Source of the DNA: Ramazzottius varieornatus
Taxonomy: Eukaryota > Animalia > Tardigrada
Direction of reading: 5' to 3'
Assembly (NCBI GenBank): GCA_001949185.1
Contig: BDGG01000015.1
Span: 191,036 to 255,035, forward strand
Length of the DNA: 64,000 bases
Shown: positions 60,175-64,000 of the stretch, piece by piece
How positions within the stretch are numbered: position 1 is the first letter of the stretch
Layout of the letters: every line of letters begins with the position of its first letter
Program-made: the position numbers and the translations under genes
Notes under the pieces: generated by a model
The model's database searches: none
What the model was told of the DNA's origin: nothing
Seen by the model: the letters and a program-made list of their open reading frames with translations, nothing else

Positions 60175-63100
60175 ATGTTCTGGCAAAGATTGGATATGAT
60201 GGAGTCGAGGGAGTCGAGTGTAATGGTTGTCTTGAATGGCACTGACACAGAGGTAAACCAACCTTTCACGATTCTTACCCGTTTTCCTTGATAACCTTGC
60301 CTTCTCCGTAACATGTTGCGCTTGGTTTATAGCAAGTCCGGCTCGACGATCTCTTGGCTAAAGAAGACTGCATTCAAGAAACCAAGGCGAGAAATTCCCA
60401 GCTCATCAAAGTGTAAGTTGTCCATGCAGACCGTGTAACATTAAAAATTGACCTGATTGTTGATTGAACCTTGACAATCGTATCTCTTTTGGAACGTTCC
60501 TTTCAACTTTCGCAAGAATAGTCTCCGAATCGAATCACATCGTCACAGTATCTTGTCTTGCAGATTACAAAGGAACGATGTCTTGATGCAACTTGTCAAC
60601 TTGATCACCAAAGAGCCACCTGGAGAGATCGACGACAAGAATCGTTTCAAGTAAGAAAGGTTCCTGTGTATCATCCATCTCTAGTGGCGTGCGTTCCGCT
60701 TGTCTATCCATTGGCTATCGCACCACTGAACTGAGGTTTTCATTGCCCCGGTTTCTTCTGTACAGGAAGCCAACGCTGGCCGTAGAAATGCTCAACGCCG
60801 ATGTACCCGAGATAGATTTTGCCTTGACACAGTCTAACGAGTATCTGGACGCACTTTTCGGCTTTTTTGATTCGAGCGAAGCAGTGAATCCGATATTGAC
60901 CAGCTTTGTCACTCGCACCCTCGGCCTCCTCATTGCGCGTCGTCCACAGGAGGTAACTAAATTGGTTGTTTACTCCCCGTACGCTGCATGAATATCCAGC
61001 GGGCTCTCTGCTTCAGATGTCGGCACATCTCTCTTCGAAAGAGAAGATACTAGATTCCATCATGCAACATTTGAACGTGACAGCCGTCATCGACTTGTTC
61101 ATCCGTCTCATTACGGGAAATGAAAATGAGACCTACCGCTACCAAATGTGCGAAGTAAGTTTCCAACCCTTATACAGGCTTAGACACCTCGCAGGATCTT
61201 TTCGTAGTTTTCTTCTACGTTTTTATTGATTTTTAAAATATTGTCTTCATTTGGGAGCCCGAAAAACAAACTAAAAAATATTTTCTCTCAAAGTGGCGCA
61301 CGCTGTCAGCCAATCCCCTGAGGAATGTGCGCCACTTGGAAAAGTAATCAAACTGGACAAGATCGTTTTGTCAAGTGGTGCAGGCTTGCAGTCATTAGTA
61401 ATGAGGACGTGCGCCACTTGACATAACGATATTGTATGTTTCGTTTGTGGACCACCCATTAATTTTGTGCCTAATATTGGTTGAGATTTTAGAATTATTG
61501 TTTTCTGTTATTATTTCCAATTTTTGCAGTGGTTGAATGCGCATTCATTCATGGAGAAGGTTGCGGCGTACCTGGACGCCACCAAGTCTTCCGATGCCGA
61601 TTTTCACAACAACAGTGCCCAGTTGCTATCGGATATTATCCGTTTCTCGCGCGAACAGCAGCTGCAGCAGCTGAAACCCGAAGACGACGTGAATAGCCTG
61701 ACACCGGAAACGTACGCTAATGATCTACTCAAGACGGCCAACAGTGAAGCCTTCATCGGCTTGTTGGTCAGTAATCTACTGAGAAGCACCAACAGTCAGT
61801 CGGCAGTCGTCAACTGCTTGACTGTGCTTGGAGCACCTTTTGAATTCATCCCCGTCAAGTATGTACAAAAACATTCTGATTTCACCCAAGAGAATTATTC
61901 AATTTTCGATCTTAATTTTACTTTCAGCTTCGACGGAAATAACGAACAGAAAATCCTCTTCTCCGAACTCAGTCTTCGTGTTGTCAATGCTCGTATTGAT
62001 AAATACAGCAAAGTCCTGATGCCCGTCATTCCCCAACTCCACGAACTGTTTCTGAAACCTCCAATGGTAATTTTTAATTTTTAAGTTTACGGACGAATAT
62101 TTTTGGGAACTTTTATTTCACTTTATTCACGAATTTTGTTCAATTGTTATTTTCTTTCTCATGCAGAGAAATTCTGTGATTTCCGAGCTGATCGATGGAT
62201 ATTCCGGGCTGGTTAAGCGTGTGGGTCAGACACGGTTGCAGCTCGTCCGCCTTTTCGCGCTGTTGATATCCTTCGGAAGAGTCAAGCTGAACCAAGCTCT
62301 TTTTGACAGCAAGCTTGTTTTGACGTTACTGGTAAGCCTTTCTTCCTTTTGAAAAATTATATTCTGGAAGGTTTAGAATAAGTTGCGTTGGTCTTTGCAG
62401 GATATGTTTTTCGAATATCCGTTCAATTCCTTTTTCCACTCCCAAATACAAAATTGTGTTAACCTGATACTGCACAACCTTCCTCTTGGTCTTTCCGATC
62501 CACCCAACGTCACCGTGGATCATCCCTTGCTTCACCAGGTACCGTATCACCCCACTCCCTTTCTCGACTGTGTTCTTCTATAGTTTCCAAAATTCAATCC
62601 TCTAAGACATGATAGGGAGCTTGGTCTGGCAAATAAATTGGACAAGGTTTTTCTTCCAAGTGGCGCTTGTTTTCACTGATAGTGGCTGAAAGCGTGCGCC
62701 ACATGGAAAAACGAATTTGTCGAGTTACCAAAGCGGCGCATGTTCTCGGTGTTGCTGGCTGAAGGGCGCGCCGCTTGAAAGAACGATCTGGTTGGGTCGT
62801 GTGCCTGGGGTCCGCAGTCTTGTACTGGTCAGAGTTGGTATTGATGGAGTCACTTCTGCAGCTGATTGTGACTGGACAGCTACAACGGAAAGTTATGGTC
62901 GCTTGGAGGCAGAACACTGAAGAAGAGTACGTTCACGGAGCGAAATTTATTTGATAGTACCAAGTTCGCTGTCACTGACTTTTTTTCACTGCTCTTAGGA
63001 GCTCGGGTAGGACGAGAAAGCCTTACATGGGACATTTGCTGGCCGTCTGTCTGGAGATGTCGGCTGAACAGTCGCCAGCGTATCCTTACATCGAGATGGC

Positions 63101-63952
63101 TGTTAACCGTAAGTCTCTTATCATGAGTTTCCCGTCGGCTTGGACAGATATGCACGGTAAATCCAACCTGATGTGTCTGTTCGACAGAACTGGGCACCGA
63201 GGCCGTGTCGGAATGGGAAGATTTCCTGAAGAGCGCTGTTCAACCGCTGGCCGAAATTCAAGCTCGCTGCTTGGTAAGACTGATGAGGAACCTATCTAGA
63301 GTTCGGATGACGGTGATGAGTTTCATGAGAACGATATGAACGTTTCCCGCTTTTGTTCTGCAGTCAGGGCAGCATCCTCTCCAGCCCACGCCGGGAGCCA
63401 TGGCGCGTTCGACGGCTGTTCCCTCGTTTGACAACGTCCAAAATGGACCCTCGAATAATGAAACCTCTGGCCAGTCCAACGCCAACATGGCCATGGAAGT
63501 CGTTCCCTCCAGCTTGAATATTTCCGACGAGAAGTCCACTCAGTCCGTCTTTGACGAGTAAGTCCAACGTTCCATCCAGTTGGTCGATCGAACGTTGCGG
63601 GAACGGTTCTGTGGTCTCTTGTAGGTCGCCGGATGATGAGATGAGGTTACAGCGTATGGACACCGACGACTCGGATGACGAAGAAATGTCAGACACGCCG
63701 ACCAACGTCGACGAAGAGCCCGACTTTCCTAATATGGTCGTCTCTGACGACCAGCTTAGTCAAGGGCCCAAGGTACCCACACCTGATTGGCCTTCACAGC
63801 AACCTCTCGACGTGGCCGAGAAAGCCGGCATTGAACGTATGGAGGAAGCTGAAAACGCCAACTGTAAGAACACCGTCCTCCACAGGAAAAGTATTTGGAA
63901 ATTTAAACAGAATAAGGAAATCTCTTTTCAATTTGGGAGTATTTCTGTATAG
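60175..63952 (+). CDS. PPP6R3: PP6 regulatory subunit (SAPS/SIT4-associated family); 3' end uncertain
   Basis: MFW start; motifs LVNLITKEPP...RFK, VNPILTSFV, VGQTRLQLVRL, FFEYPFNSFFH and RKPYMGHL; acidic tail. Confidence 0.88.
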
Positions 63953-64000
63953 CGCCTTGGGATGATGCAATCGTAAATACTGCGGCGCCTGTCTCTTCTG

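Larger units (their letters stand above)
890..62778. repeat. Dispersed palindromic repeat family CAAGTGGCGCA-N(26-27)-TGCGCCACTTG, single or in arrays of 2-4 (coordinates span first to last copy)
   Basis: Left arms near 892, 5097, 5178, 6023, 7074, 7649, 8633, 9980, 11693, 11770, 14841, 14912, 16049, 18965, 30925, 31585, 31657, 33904, 45341, 57615, 58257, 61294, 61376, 62661 and 62734, plus degenerate or half copies. Confidence 0.9.

Noticed and set aside
59697-60314. 205-aa minus-strand ORF
   Set aside because: It overlaps the PP6R first exon antisense and the shared promoter, and has no protein-like features.

Overview
This is gene-dense animal genomic DNA, not prokaryotic. It has many short GT-AG introns and two N gaps (33092-33346, 37229-37278). 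The compact architecture resembles a tardigrade-type genome, which is an inference only. The right half holds conserved genes: prominin-like, IRF2BP/Pits, tRNA-Arg(TCT), a Kunitz inhibitor, a GT31 beta-1,3-galactosyltransferase, an SR-cyclophilin (PPIG) and a PP6 regulatory SAPS subunit. The left 35 kb is a cluster of apparently lineage-specific, mostly extracellular or membrane genes. These are: (1) the 3' part of a giant multi-exon protein built from about 50 copies of a 16-18 aa 'hydrophobic-R/H-Y-x-D/N...EDY' motif and ending in a cadherin-like domain; (2) a 3-exon Cys-rich secreted peptide only partly captured by the ORF track; (3) two paralogous secreted proteins sharing an EAR/EPTP-like propeller; (4) an orphan disordered protein; (5) three MS4A/CD20-like genes. 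The most striking non-coding signal is a dispersed dyad, CAAGTGGCGCA-N27-TGCGCCACTTG. It has about 25 copies with a nearly invariant spacer length but a divergent spacer sequence, and lies almost only in introns. Several MITEs are present, one inserted exactly into a 3' splice site. All exon models and counts were made by eye.
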